A stretch of 63,996 bases of DNA, the filler included, from an uncultured Rhodopirellula sp. (GTDB lineage Bacteria; Planctomycetota; Planctomycetia; Pirellulales; Pirellulaceae), in NCBI GenBank assembly GCA_964007735.1. It is 3 parts of 3 records of this genome, joined end to end, with 100 filler letters (N's around TTAATTAATTAA, not from the genome) between each part and the next. Parts side by side here need not be neighbours in the genome. Positions count along the whole stretch, not along the records: positions 54,477 to 63,996 come from CAXGAI010000093.1; 2 more parts are not named here. The stretch is one strand, 5' to 3'. Position numbers and translations under genes: made by a program. The notes under the pieces are model-generated. The model was not told the DNA's origin. It saw only the letters and a program-made list of their open reading frames with translations, and made no database searches. The first letter of the stretch is position 1; every line of letters starts with the position of its first letter. Below, piece after piece: positions 54,477-63,980 of the stretch.

Positions 54477-55694
54477 ATGAAAGCGGAGTCAGCATCACTG
54501 GCGGCGGGAGATGTAGTCCACTTCAAGAAGGGATCTGCCTTCTCCGGCAGTATTCGGATCAGTGAATCTGGCACAGCTGCCAAGCCGATACGGCTGACTT
54601 CCTACGGGACGGGCGCGCTGCCCAAGTTTACCAACCCCAGTACCCGCGATGCCAGCGGCAACACGATTATCCTCGGCGGCGACCATATCATTGTGGAAAA
54701 CCTGCATTTTCACGATACTCCGGGGGAGCACGTATCGGGGTTGATCATTATGACGAGACTGGCCGCGCTCCGCATCGATCGCGGTTCGGATCATTGCATT
54801 ATCCGAAACAATGAATTCATTAAAACCGGCCAGGGCATCATGTCAGCTGGCGAGCATACCTTGATAACGGAGAATTATCTGGATGGCCCAAGTTATGCAC
54901 TGTGGCGAACGTCAAAAAGCAGCTGGGGACCGATGGGGATCCACTTAAACATCGGCAACCAGGAAGTATCCTACAACACCATTAAGAACTTCGGGACCAA
55001 AGACAGCCCATGGGGCTCGGATGGCGGCGCTATCGAAATAGATTGCGGCAGATACCATAAGAAAAATATCTATATCCACCATAACTATTCGGAAGGAAAT
55101 GCTGGATTCCTTGAATCCAGTTGGGACTACGATTGGCCGCCTTATCAACAGGAAATCTATAACTGGAGAGTTTCCTTTAATGTGTGCTACGACGGACAGT
55201 CATGGCTGTTCATGTTGGCACCATGCACTGGCATCTATTTCGATAACAATACGATAGCCAGATACAATGGGTTCGGGAGGTCCCAAAATGCCGGCGCCCG
55301 GATTGATGTCCGGGGCGGGAACCCTGTCGGCAAACCTTCAGGAGCCCATTTCAGGAACAATCTGTTTATCTATTCGTCCTCTCCTTATACCGGCAATCGA
55401 TCTAGCGGCGCCCTGAAAACAGCCAACTGGTACTCAAAGTATAAATACCCCGACGTTAAATATCAGGGTGACAGCAACCAGGCAGGCAGTGGCGATCCGG
55501 GCCTTGTCGATCTTGAGAAACAAGATTATCACCTAAAAGCAGATAGCCCATTACGCGGTAAAGCGATCAATCTCAGCGAGTTCTATAAATCGGACTTCGA
55601 CGGTCATCCATTGCCTAAGACCGGCAACTGGGATATCGGTGCGATTCAATTCAACACGACCAAGACGACCAAAGCATTGCAGCCGAAAAGGTAG
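54477..55694 (+). CDS. Right-handed parallel beta-helix protein (probably 5'-truncated)
   Basis: GD.V.FKKG..F.G, PI.LTSYG.G..P, SDGGAIE, DYHL...SP...DIGA. It begins at the contig edge. Confidence 0.75.
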   Translation: MKAESASLAAGDVVHFKKGSAFSGSIRISESGTAAKPIRLTSYGTGALPKFTNPSTRDASGNTIILGGDHIIVENLHFHDTPGEHVSGLIIMTRLAALRIDRGSDHCIIRNNEFIKTGQGIMSAGEHTLITENYLDGPSYALWRTSKSSWGPMGIHLNIGNQEVSYNTIKNFGTKDSPWGSDGGAIEIDCGRYHKKNIYIHHNYSEGNAGFLESSWDYDWPPYQQEIYNWRVSFNVCYDGQSWLFMLAPCTGIYFDNNTIARYNGFGRSQNAGARIDVRGGNPVGKPSGAHFRNNLFIYSSSPYTGNRSSGALKTANWYSKYKYPDVKYQGDSNQAGSGDPGLVDLEKQDYHLKADSPLRGKAINLSEFYKSDFDGHPLPKTGNWDIGAIQFNTTKTTKALQPKR

Positions 55695-55836
55695 AGTTGG
55701 ATTTACTAAGCATTCAGTCACCTCCGTTTGCGATCAACAGGCGAATCTCAAAAGCACTGCTTACAGATTACCGTTTTGGCTCGTAGGGGGTCGCAACCGA
55801 TACTGTCAGCGCATGACAAAACCGTAGTTTTACGGA

Positions 55837-55885
55837 GGTTAGCAATAATACGCAAAACCTTGCAAACTAGGGAAGTGGGCGATGA
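55837..55885. repeat. att-like copy of the tRNA 3' end plus shared flank
   Basis: GGTTAGCAATAATACGCAAAACCTTGCAAACTAGGGAAGTGGGCGATGA is near-identical to about 62574-62623. Confidence 0.8.
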
Positions 55886-55952
55886 AGAGCTAACTGGGTA
55901 TTAGTATCGGCTGTATTGTCAGAGGCCGGTTAATCGGGAGTTCCTAACGCAA

Positions 55953-56555
55953 ATGAGCCAAACCAAGACGGTCCCGATTCTCTGGCACATGCTCTTACTG
56001 AACAGCTTCCTGTTTGGTGTCTATATAACATTCATTGGAAGTAGCGGAATCTTCGGCTTAGCTATTCGTGCGGGGTTGGATGCTGCATTTATATACCTGA
56101 GTTATGTCCCCGTGATCGTTCTGTTTTTCGGTCTGCTGTCATTTCTAGTGATTGTAATGACGATACTGGTACATTCTTCTCGCTGGGCACGTTACCTGCT
56201 TTGTCTGATCATTATTTTATTAGTGGGCATCCCTCTTACGCCTCTAATCTTGCACCCTTATCTTTTTTTCGGCGCAGGTCTGTTAGGACTTGCGACAGGC
56301 TTTAGATTCCAGGGTACCGATGATTTGGTCTCTGCTATTATCTTTTTCCCCTTAGCGTTTTGGTGGATGCTTATTTGGTCTCGGCGGCTTTATCGAATTT
56401 CAAGAAAGCATCATCCGTTTTCTTCCCTATGTAATCATGTGCATAAATATGCCAATGATTACATAGGTGCACGGAGGAAGCTTGACAAACTCCTTTCCCG
56501 TTGGGGAAAACGGCTTTTGTTGCCTGAGAAGATAAAAAAACATTTTCGTAGCTAG
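55953..56555 (+). CDS. Hypothetical membrane protein
   Basis: Several hydrophobic helices; RBS-like GGAG upstream. Confidence 0.6.
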   Translation: MSQTKTVPILWHMLLLNSFLFGVYITFIGSSGIFGLAIRAGLDAAFIYLSYVPVIVLFFGLLSFLVIVMTILVHSSRWARYLLCLIIILLVGIPLTPLILHPYLFFGAGLLGLATGFRFQGTDDLVSAIIFFPLAFWWMLIWSRRLYRISRKHHPFSSLCNHVHKYANDYIGARRKLDKLLSRWGKRLLLPEKIKKHFRS

Positions 56556-56595
56556 TCCGATGATTCAACTTAAATCTATCTTCTCCGTTAGCCTC

Positions 56596-56628
56596 CATCT
56601 TTTGCCCTCCGACACACGCATGCGGTAG
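56596..56628 (+). repeat. Dispersed intergenic motif, copy 1
   Basis: CATCTTTTGCCCTCCGACACACGCATGCGGTAG. Confidence 0.85.
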
Positions 56629-56799
56629 TTGTTTTAATTACAACACAAATGTTATGTAGCATTTTCAATACTAGCTTCACTATTCGGATATACCGACAAT
56701 CATCAATAGATAAGATGTCATGGGGATTGCTTATACCAACACGATGCGACAGTATCCGATACCTCATTCGCCTACGTTATTTTTAGTTAGCGATAAAAC

Positions 56800-57261
56800 A
56801 TGAAGCAACAATGGTATATCCGACGAGAGGGACAAGTATACGGGCCGTACACTCAAAACACTTTAAATGTGCTTAGTGTTCTTCCTACAGACGAGTTGGG
56901 GCAAGCTCCGCAGGGGCCGTGGAAAACCGCATCGGCGTTCCCCAGTTTTGGTACTAGGTCAAACCTGTCTGATACTAATTCGCAGCTAACGCAGTCCTCT
57001 CCCCAATCAACAGGGCAAACCACGTCCAACCCATCTCCAATGCAGTTAGCGATCCACCGGGATAATGAGTCTGGTGGGAATGAGTCTGGTGGGAATAACA
57101 AAGTCTTACAGGGATGCTCAATCGGTTGTTTGGTGGTGATATTAATTGGCGTTGTTGTCCTATTGGTGGCATTAAGCCTACTCGGACAAGCAATCGACGG
57201 GTTCTTCGAAGGGGTGCGTGATTTTTTTGAACATCCATTGAACCCTTTCAGTTGGTTTTAG
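56800..57261 (+). CDS. GYF_2 (DUF4339)-like domain membrane protein
   Basis: WYIRREGQVYGPYT...W..A.F, low-complexity linker, C-terminal TM helix. Confidence 0.7.
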   Translation: MKQQWYIRREGQVYGPYTQNTLNVLSVLPTDELGQAPQGPWKTASAFPSFGTRSNLSDTNSQLTQSSPQSTGQTTSNPSPMQLAIHRDNESGGNESGGNNKVLQGCSIGCLVVILIGVVVLLVALSLLGQAIDGFFEGVRDFFEHPLNPFSWF

Positions 57262-57297
57262 TGCGAGTCGCCCTGACGCAGCAGCCGAAGCTGTCCA

Positions 57298-57361
57298 CAT
57301 CTTTTGCCCTCAGACACGCATGCGGTATGATGTGTCTGGTAAGCCGGTGACGGCTTTGGTT
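57298..57361 (+). repeat. Dispersed intergenic motif, copy 2 (long form with hairpin)
   Basis: CATCTTTTGCCCTCAGACACGCATGCGGTATGATGTGTCTGGTAAGCCGGTGACGGCTTTGGTT. Confidence 0.85.
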
Positions 57362-57569
57362 GGGGGCGAGAGAAAAGACGCTGTGATCGCTTGAACAATA
57401 CTTAGTTTGAGCTACTCCCTATTGATTGTTCTAGAGGAAGTGAGAAAATTCAAATTGAATCTTTTCACTCTGCTTGGACCCGTTGCAGGTTCATTGTCTA
57501 ATCATTCTCGATTCTAAGAGTATCGACAGCAATGAACTTCTTGAGGTCCAAAAAAGAAAGGTGTAAGCA

Positions 57570-58262
57570 ATGAACAAATCACTGAAAACTAATATCACAG
57601 CACTCTCGGCTTTGCTTCTATGCACATTGACCGCCCGTGCCCAAACAATCGCTAATCCAATCATTGGGGATCTCGACAAAAACGCCCGCATTAGTCGTTC
57701 AGAAGCTGAGAATATGATGAACACACCGTCATTGAAGAGCAAATTATTCAACGCATCAGCAGAAGAGCAGGGGCGATACTATAATGCCCTGGAGAATAGC
57801 ATTCGTGTGCGGCTGCTTAAACTATCTCGTGCCTATGGTACGCCACGCTGGGCATTCGCTGTCGAAATGTGTGAGCGTAACGGTTTGTCTGAGACCGATG
57901 CTGAAAAGATAGTGTTGGCGGTACGAGCTAACTTAGCCACTAAACAAGGTGGTGCAAAGAATAAGCCCGTGTACGATGGCCCTCCCGTCATAGCTGATCA
58001 AGATGGCGATGGTCGTATCAGTCGCAGCGAAGCAGAGACCATGATGAAATCACCAGATTTGAAAAGTAAGTTGTTCAATGCATCCGCTGATGCTCAGCGC
58101 CGGTTCTACAACGCTTTGGAAGGCAATATCCGACCACGTTTTCTTAGATTAGAGCGCGCCTATGAAACCGTTCGCTGGTCCCGGACTGTTGAATTCTATG
58201 CGCGTTATGGCCTATCGGCCCAGGACGCTGAAAAAATTGTTATCACAATGCAGCACAAATAA
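57570..58262 (+). CDS. Secreted protein with two ~100-aa repeats, each starting with an EF-hand-like loop
   Basis: DLDKNARISRSEAE...LKSKLFNASA...YNALE and DQDGDGRISRSEAE...LKSKLFNASA...YNALE. Confidence 0.75.
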   Translation: MNKSLKTNITALSALLLCTLTARAQTIANPIIGDLDKNARISRSEAENMMNTPSLKSKLFNASAEEQGRYYNALENSIRVRLLKLSRAYGTPRWAFAVEMCERNGLSETDAEKIVLAVRANLATKQGGAKNKPVYDGPPVIADQDGDGRISRSEAETMMKSPDLKSKLFNASADAQRRFYNALEGNIRPRFLRLERAYETVRWSRTVEFYARYGLSAQDAEKIVITMQHK

Positions 58263-58540
58263 GCAATGTACGGCATGCTAATTCCCATCAGTTAGCTGGG
58301 AGGAGGAGCATGTTTTCGGGCACCGTATGCTTTCCGGCATGCAAGTTACACAGGCCGAAGCTTCAGCCACTGTTTAGCTCGAATCTAAAGCAAGTTCTTA
58401 TCTCGGAATTAGTGGGGAGCCTGGTGGAGGGATAATTTCTGAGAATTCCTCCGTGAGTCCGCGCCTAATCGGTCTTGGTATGACATCACTTAATACAGTG
58501 AACACGAATACCTACATCTGCAAGGAAATTTTTTTTACTT

Positions 58541-59281
58541 ATGAGCAACCCATATCAATCTCCACTAGATTCAACTTCTCCCGTTAATTCATCCCTACAC
58601 CATTTGTACAAGTATCGAAGCTTAGGTGGTCTAACTGCAATTATCACTGTCTTGTTGTTATTTGGGATCGTAGCATCAGTGGCGGAAACATTATCCTCTT
58701 ATAGCCAACTCGACCTATTAAACCGTATGCGTTCCGGCATGAAAGTTACTCAAGGCGAGGTTTTAGCAAATGCTACCAAACAGGCTTCAGTTGCCTTCGC
58801 TGCTTTGGGGCTCTGGATCGTTAATGTAATTAGTTTTGGAATTTGGATTGTGAGGGCCCATAAGAATTTACGTGCCTTCGGGATCACCGATGCAACATAT
58901 ACGCCGGGGTGGGCTCTAGGGTGGTTCTTTGTACCTATTGCAAACCTCGTCCAACCTTTTCAGGCAATGAAAGAACTTTGGCAAGCTAGTCACGCGGGTG
59001 CCGAATGGTCTAAATCAAGCTCGACGAAAACTGTGAATTCATGGTGGTGCCTCTGGATCTTAAGTAGTGTCTACGGGACGATAATTGGAAGACTATTTCC
59101 CGACGAACCGATAATGATTACCAAGTTAAGTATGGCTGGCTTCCTGATTCATATACCCCTCTGTTTATTAGCCCTCAAATTAGTTCGTGGTATCCACAAT
59201 GCTCAAGAGTCTTTAGGAGCTACAACAGAACCTCACGCAGACAAACTACCAGCAGCTTTCCCTCTCATCCCCCCACGATAA
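58541..59281 (+). CDS. DUF4328-like membrane protein
   Basis: NPYQSP N-terminus; WI.RA.KN...TPGWA.GWFFVPIANL..P...M.ELW.AS; WW.LW. Confidence 0.8.
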   Translation: MSNPYQSPLDSTSPVNSSLHHLYKYRSLGGLTAIITVLLLFGIVASVAETLSSYSQLDLLNRMRSGMKVTQGEVLANATKQASVAFAALGLWIVNVISFGIWIVRAHKNLRAFGITDATYTPGWALGWFFVPIANLVQPFQAMKELWQASHAGAEWSKSSSTKTVNSWWCLWILSSVYGTIIGRLFPDEPIMITKLSMAGFLIHIPLCLLALKLVRGIHNAQESLGATTEPHADKLPAAFPLIPPR

Positions 59282-59388
59282 AGCCTCAAACTTACATTTT
59301 TTCGGAAAAACACGTGCTCATACCGTGGCGGTCTACTGATGCATCCGGTGCCAGAAAATAGCCCCCCTCCCATCGGGAAACCCCGCAA

Positions 59389-61845
59389 TTACTCGAACCC
59401 TAATAGTTCAAGATCCAACCCGACTGAATTGTCACTAGCTACTTCAATTACGCAATTAGGGAGTATTTTCTGAAGCTCGGCAATCGCAATCTTCGTAACA
59501 TCCGTATTAGCCAAATATATTATTTGAAGATTCACCAACGGTTTTAGAGATTCCAGACCGGCATCAGTTATAGCGGTACCTTTCAGGTCAATAATCTTTA
59601 AATTGGTTAACTTCTCAAGATGGCTTACACCTTCATCCGTGATCGGGCAACCTGCCACAGAGATCTCTTCCAGTCCGGACAATTGACTCAATGTCGCCAT
59701 ATCATCGTCGTTCAGATTAGTGTCTGCAAGCATCAACCATTTTAGGGCAACTGATTCATTTAGACGTGCAACGCTCGAAGATGAGATATCGGTATTGTTA
59801 AGCGACAGCAGCTCGAGATCTTTTAATCGTTTAAGGTCAATGAGGCCTTCGTCAGAAATCTTTGTGTCATTGAGCATCAACACCTTGAGCTGCGTCAGCT
59901 TTACTATTTCCCCCATTCCTATATTTGAAACCTCATTACCAGATAGATCAACGTGCTCCAATGCCTTTAACTCGTCAAGAAAAAGAAGGGTTTCATCGTT
60001 CATGCCGGTTCTAGCAAGATTTAGTGCCCGCAATTTAGGAAATTGCCTAGCATAGTTCAGTAGAAATGCTATCGAATGGATAAAACCTTTCCCAGGATTA
60101 AGGGGCCCATAATAAGATTTCTTCCCCGTGAGATTCAGGGCTGTAACATACCCCTCGCTGTTTCTTTGCACCATCACTGACAGCAGCAGTGGATTCGGAG
60201 TGCCAAGCATCTTCCAAAATTCATCGTAAACATGAATCCCTGGGTGAGTCTTATAGAGATGCCTTTTGGCTTGGGCTGAAAAGGCATTATCGGTCATATA
60301 TATCGTTTTAAGTTTTTTTAAGCTGTCAAATTGATCAATCGGCTCACCCGTTACCTTGGTGCCGCCAACATGCAGCGTTTCTAAACCCTCAAGCTGTCCG
60401 ATTCCTTTTCCGCTGACATTAGTCGATCCAAGGTAAAGATGTTTGAGATTTCTCAGGCTCTTCAGATAGATAATATCATCATCACTAATATTTGTCTGAT
60501 TAAGTCGCAATTCCTCGACCAGTGGAAATTGCAGAAGGAATTTGAACGCGGAATCGTCAAATCGGCAGTTGTGGAACTCAAGCTTTTTGAAGCCCGAGTT
60601 CAAGGTGCCATTTAGTTCAATCAGTGAATCAAGGGCTTGCTTACTAGCAAACGTCTCCTTATCATCCGATCCGAGAAGCAATGATTCTAAACGTGAGTTT
60701 CCTTCTAAAAACTTGAATTCATTTGGTATATCACTCCCCAACAACTCCACAATCTCTCCCGTCTCATCGAAACGAATTCGTTGAGCCCATGTCTGAATAA
60801 CTAGTTTTTGATGAAATCCAGTTGGGATGACCAATCCGGAAATACTCAGGAATCCCAGACATATCAATTGTTCTAAAGGGTGAAAACGAAGTAAGGGTTT
60901 GATGACGAGTCCAGTCCCACTAGCGTTACCCGTAGATAGATGCTTCTTTCCTTCTGCAGCCTTCGATTGAATACGATAACCTGAGATGCCAAAAGTCAAT
61001 AATGCTTGAAAGACCAGCAACCCGGCAGCACATAAAATCCAAACAACGTGCCAGTCCCGATGTATATTCTCGGGGTCACTTGCGAACCGAATAGAAAGAC
61101 CGATCATTAGGCTATTGCTGACAAGCACAATGCGTACAAACCATTGACGTTGATAGAAAAGCCAATTCGAACAACGTGTCAGGGCCATCATGACCAACGA
61201 GAGCAGGGACACCCCGAAGAAGGAAACAGCATAAACCAAAGTCTCGGCGCCGTTCATTCTTGTAAGCTCTATCAACATCCCTTCCAAGCTAAGATTGAAG
61301 ATGCGATTCCAAACAAAATAGGTTCCCAGAACACAGAGGACAAGCATCGTTGCTCGCACACTCACAGCCTTTCGGGATTGTTTCACAATTGGATCATCAA
61401 TTGCTTCGAATCGTTTGATTTTCCAACGCAAAAAAGGAATTACTCTTAAAGTCGACAAAGCGACTATCAGCACACACCATACAGGCAAGAACCAAAACAT
61501 TGGGAGATAACCGTTATCACCTATCCACCATTCACTAAAGTCACGCGAGTAGTTCTCTCCCCAAAACATCAGACAGCGGGATTGCTCAAAGGCTAGGCCA
61601 GCTAAAAGAAAAACAAAGCCACAGAGGAAAAAACGATATGCGAAATTACCTGTTCCGTAAATCGTCCAGATAGCGGAGAGCAGTGAGAAGGAAACTAACG
61701 ACACTAATCCAACTACAAATGTTAAATTTGCCGCATAGGTTCCTTCCAGCTGATTAACAAAATAGCCCACAGGTATTAGGCAAACAAAGAGCACTAGATA
61801 AGTTGCCAGAGTCCAAAAAACCAACCGTTCTTTAATTCTCTTCAT
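59389..61845 (-). CDS. Multi-pass membrane protein with C-terminal leucine-rich repeats
   Basis: Hydrophobic N-terminal ~350 aa, then L..L..L.L..T.I.D.G repeats. Confidence 0.85.
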   Translation of the reverse strand: MKRIKERLVFWTLATYLVLFVCLIPVGYFVNQLEGTYAANLTFVVGLVSLVSFSLLSAIWTIYGTGNFAYRFFLCGFVFLLAGLAFEQSRCLMFWGENYSRDFSEWWIGDNGYLPMFWFLPVWCVLIVALSTLRVIPFLRWKIKRFEAIDDPIVKQSRKAVSVRATMLVLCVLGTYFVWNRIFNLSLEGMLIELTRMNGAETLVYAVSFFGVSLLSLVMMALTRCSNWLFYQRQWFVRIVLVSNSLMIGLSIRFASDPENIHRDWHVVWILCAAGLLVFQALLTFGISGYRIQSKAAEGKKHLSTGNASGTGLVIKPLLRFHPLEQLICLGFLSISGLVIPTGFHQKLVIQTWAQRIRFDETGEIVELLGSDIPNEFKFLEGNSRLESLLLGSDDKETFASKQALDSLIELNGTLNSGFKKLEFHNCRFDDSAFKFLLQFPLVEELRLNQTNISDDDIIYLKSLRNLKHLYLGSTNVSGKGIGQLEGLETLHVGGTKVTGEPIDQFDSLKKLKTIYMTDNAFSAQAKRHLYKTHPGIHVYDEFWKMLGTPNPLLLSVMVQRNSEGYVTALNLTGKKSYYGPLNPGKGFIHSIAFLLNYARQFPKLRALNLARTGMNDETLLFLDELKALEHVDLSGNEVSNIGMGEIVKLTQLKVLMLNDTKISDEGLIDLKRLKDLELLSLNNTDISSSSVARLNESVALKWLMLADTNLNDDDMATLSQLSGLEEISVAGCPITDEGVSHLEKLTNLKIIDLKGTAITDAGLESLKPLVNLQIIYLANTDVTKIAIAELQKILPNCVIEVASDNSVGLDLELLGFE

Positions 61846-62005
61846 TACAACCCCGTTAATATCGATTTCGGTAACCTGTTTTAAAGATGCTGTATCACTA
61901 AATATGAGGCGCTAGAATAGTAAATGTTGAAATATTTATTCTTCTCAACCCATCGCGTATGGGGTTTGCGGAGGGATCTTTCCCTTACTGCATCCCCCCT
62001 TCCCT

Positions 62006-62042
62006 CATCTTTTGCTCTCCGACATACGCATGCGGTAGGATG
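62006..62042 (+). repeat. Dispersed intergenic motif, copy 3
   Basis: CATCTTTTGCTCTCCGACATACGCATGCGGTAGGATG. Confidence 0.85.
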
Positions 62043-62079
62043 GGATAAGTCCGTTAAGCAACTCCCCTGGAGATAGTAA

Positions 62080-62475
62080 ATGAATTCAATTGAACCAACA
62101 AATATGTCTAAACTAGAGTGGCTAATCAATTCCTTAGGCACTGGCACCTTACTTATTTTGGTCGTAACAGGACTGGCCAGTTTTGTAATGACCCTACTGC
62201 TTGTTAGACGAAAAAGCACAACAAACAGTAATGCTATATTCTTCTGTGTGGGCTTACCGATATTTGGAGCTTTATTCTGTATGTTTCTTGGTCTAACTAA
62301 TACATTTAATAATGTGGCGTCCCAAGGGAGCAATGCAGATATTTCAGAATTCGCTTACGTTCTTACATCGACATCTTATGTAATGCTGGTGGCAATACTA
62401 CTCACCGCACCGAGTTATTTATTGGCAACATTCGGTCTCTTCTTTCGCACCTTGGAAACATCAAGCCAAGAATAA
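62080..62475 (+). CDS. Small three-TM membrane protein
   Basis: RBS GGAG; three hydrophobic helices; LP..G....F.G....F pattern weakly like MotA/TolQ/ExbB. Confidence 0.6.
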   Translation: MNSIEPTNMSKLEWLINSLGTGTLLILVVTGLASFVMTLLLVRRKSTTNSNAIFFCVGLPIFGALFCMFLGLTNTFNNVASQGSNADISEFAYVLTSTSYVMLVAILLTAPSYLLATFGLFFRTLETSSQE

Positions 62476-62480
62476 CCCTC

Positions 62481-62543
62481 CTTTTGCCCTCAGATACACG
62501 CATGCGGTAGGATGTGTCTGGTAAGCCGGTGACGGCTTGGTTG
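62481..62543 (+). repeat. Dispersed intergenic motif, copy 4 (long form with hairpin)
   Basis: CTTTTGCCCTCAGATACACGCATGCGGTAGGATGTGTCTGGTAAGCCGGTGACGGCTTGGTTG. Confidence 0.85.
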
Positions 62544-62683
62544 CGTGTGAATGACATTTAGTTGTTGGGGGAAGGTTTAGCGATAATATGCGAAACCTTG
62601 CAAACTAGGGAAGTGGGCGATGAGGGCCTACGCCCAATCTCGTTTGAGGCTTTAAAAACAGGCCTTTTGTACACCTTCCAAAA

Positions 62684-62709
62684 ACCATCGGTGTCCAAAT
62701 CGGTGTCCA
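62684..62709. repeat. Arm-type tandem repeat, left copy
   Basis: ACCATCGGTGTCCAAATCGGTGTCCA, identical to 63848-63873. Confidence 0.85.
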
Positions 62710-62835
62710 CGCCGACTTTGAGTGGTTTTACCGCAATGGTTGCCAAGAAATGGCGGGGGCTGAGTGATGCGGAGAAGACTGTTTTGGCGAAGTTGCTTGA
62801 GTGTGAATAAATGGGTGCGTTTTCCTATGAAGAGT

Positions 62836-63636
62836 CTAATCGCTGGGCAAGGATCCTCCGATTGAGACGGCGTTTATTGCCTTTCGACAAAGTGTCAACG
62901 CATTGGCGTAGTTAATAACTGCCGTAAGAAGAATCGCGCCTATGAAAAACAGGAGCATACCCTGTAACACCGGGGAGATGCCTGGGTAAACCGAACTTAC
63001 ATTCATGTTAATACGCACCCACGGTAATGTAAGCAAGACAACCAATGGCATAATTAGCCCAACTACCAAACAGCGTCCTGCTCGTTTCATTTTAGAAACT
63101 ACAGGTTCAACCTGAACAAATTCCCCCAAACGCTTCCAGCCAGCAAAAAACAAAAGCACGGATACCTGAAGAACTGTCACTGTAAGAAGCAGTCTGTAAA
63201 ACCCCGCCTGCAATAACCAATGGTCAACAAATGATAAAACTATCGGAACTATCGGAGTGATGAAAACTAAACAGAATGACCACTGAAAGAATTCATTTGC
63301 TCGACTCTTCTTTGGCCCGAACATAACCAAAATCTGGCCCAATAAAGATGAGACACATGCTATGACTCCGAGTGCTATCATTCCATATGCGGAAAGCCTT
63401 AATTCATCGAACGGAACCCGAAGGCCCATCATGATCAATCCAACAAAAAGCAGCAAAAAGCTAATATAAATCCCTGACAGTAATAACATGGCAGCCTTAC
63501 CACATCGTTTCAACTGTACGAGTTCTTCCTCGGACAATTCACCGCAATCGTTCAAATACTCTGTATTTTGTGTAACGCTATTTTCGACTTGCCCAAGACT
63601 GCCTCCCATTTCTTCTACAATTGGGGGATTCTCCAT
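62836..63636 (-). CDS. Hypothetical multi-pass membrane protein
   Basis: About six hydrophobic helices; RBS GGAG before ATG 63636. Confidence 0.7.
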   Translation of the reverse strand: MENPPIVEEMGGSLGQVENSVTQNTEYLNDCGELSEEELVQLKRCGKAAMLLLSGIYISFLLLFVGLIMMGLRVPFDELRLSAYGMIALGVIACVSSLLGQILVMFGPKKSRANEFFQWSFCLVFITPIVPIVLSFVDHWLLQAGFYRLLLTVTVLQVSVLLFFAGWKRLGEFVQVEPVVSKMKRAGRCLVVGLIMPLVVLLTLPWVRINMNVSSVYPGISPVLQGMLLFFIGAILLTAVINYANALTLCRKAINAVSIGGSLPSD

Positions 63637-63847
63637 AATCAATCTCCGCACTACTGATCGGGTTAATTAAAACGGGGGACACCTTATTGATAAACAATAA
63701 CAGCATCCAACGTTACATAAGGTGCGTAAAAAGTTAAATGAGGGCGCAGATATCAGGAAGCTAACTCCAATAGCTGTCTTAATGCCTAATCTTACGCAAA
63801 CAAGTTCGCTGATTGCCCGACGCACAATCCATTAGGAAAAACACGAT

Positions 63848-63873
63848 ACCATCGGTGTCCAAATCGGTGTCCA
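63848..63873. repeat. Arm-type tandem repeat, right copy
   Basis: ACCATCGGTGTCCAAATCGGTGTCCA. Confidence 0.85.
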
Positions 63874-63980
63874 AATTTCCCTCACTCCATGTCATGCTAT
63901 GTCTGTAGATTCACAGACTCTAGAAAAACCGTCATTTCCCCTCATAGCACCTCATGCTATGTCAGGAGTATGCAGTCAAG

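Noticed and set aside
57064..57093. 15-bp tandem duplication (NESGG x2)
   Set aside because: Ordinary in-frame slippage in a disordered linker.
61881..62333. 150-aa minus-strand ORF
   Set aside because: Antisense to the better-supported membrane gene 62080-62475 and crosses a non-coding repeat.
56596..62543. Repeats as a CRISPR array
   Set aside because: Spacing is hundreds to thousands of bases with whole genes in between, and there are no cas genes.
56596..62543. Repeats as integron attC or Xer dif sites
   Set aside because: No RYYYAAC...GTTRRRY ends or long imperfect palindrome, the arms are not inverted copies and do not resemble TTATGTTAAAT, and no intI is in view.
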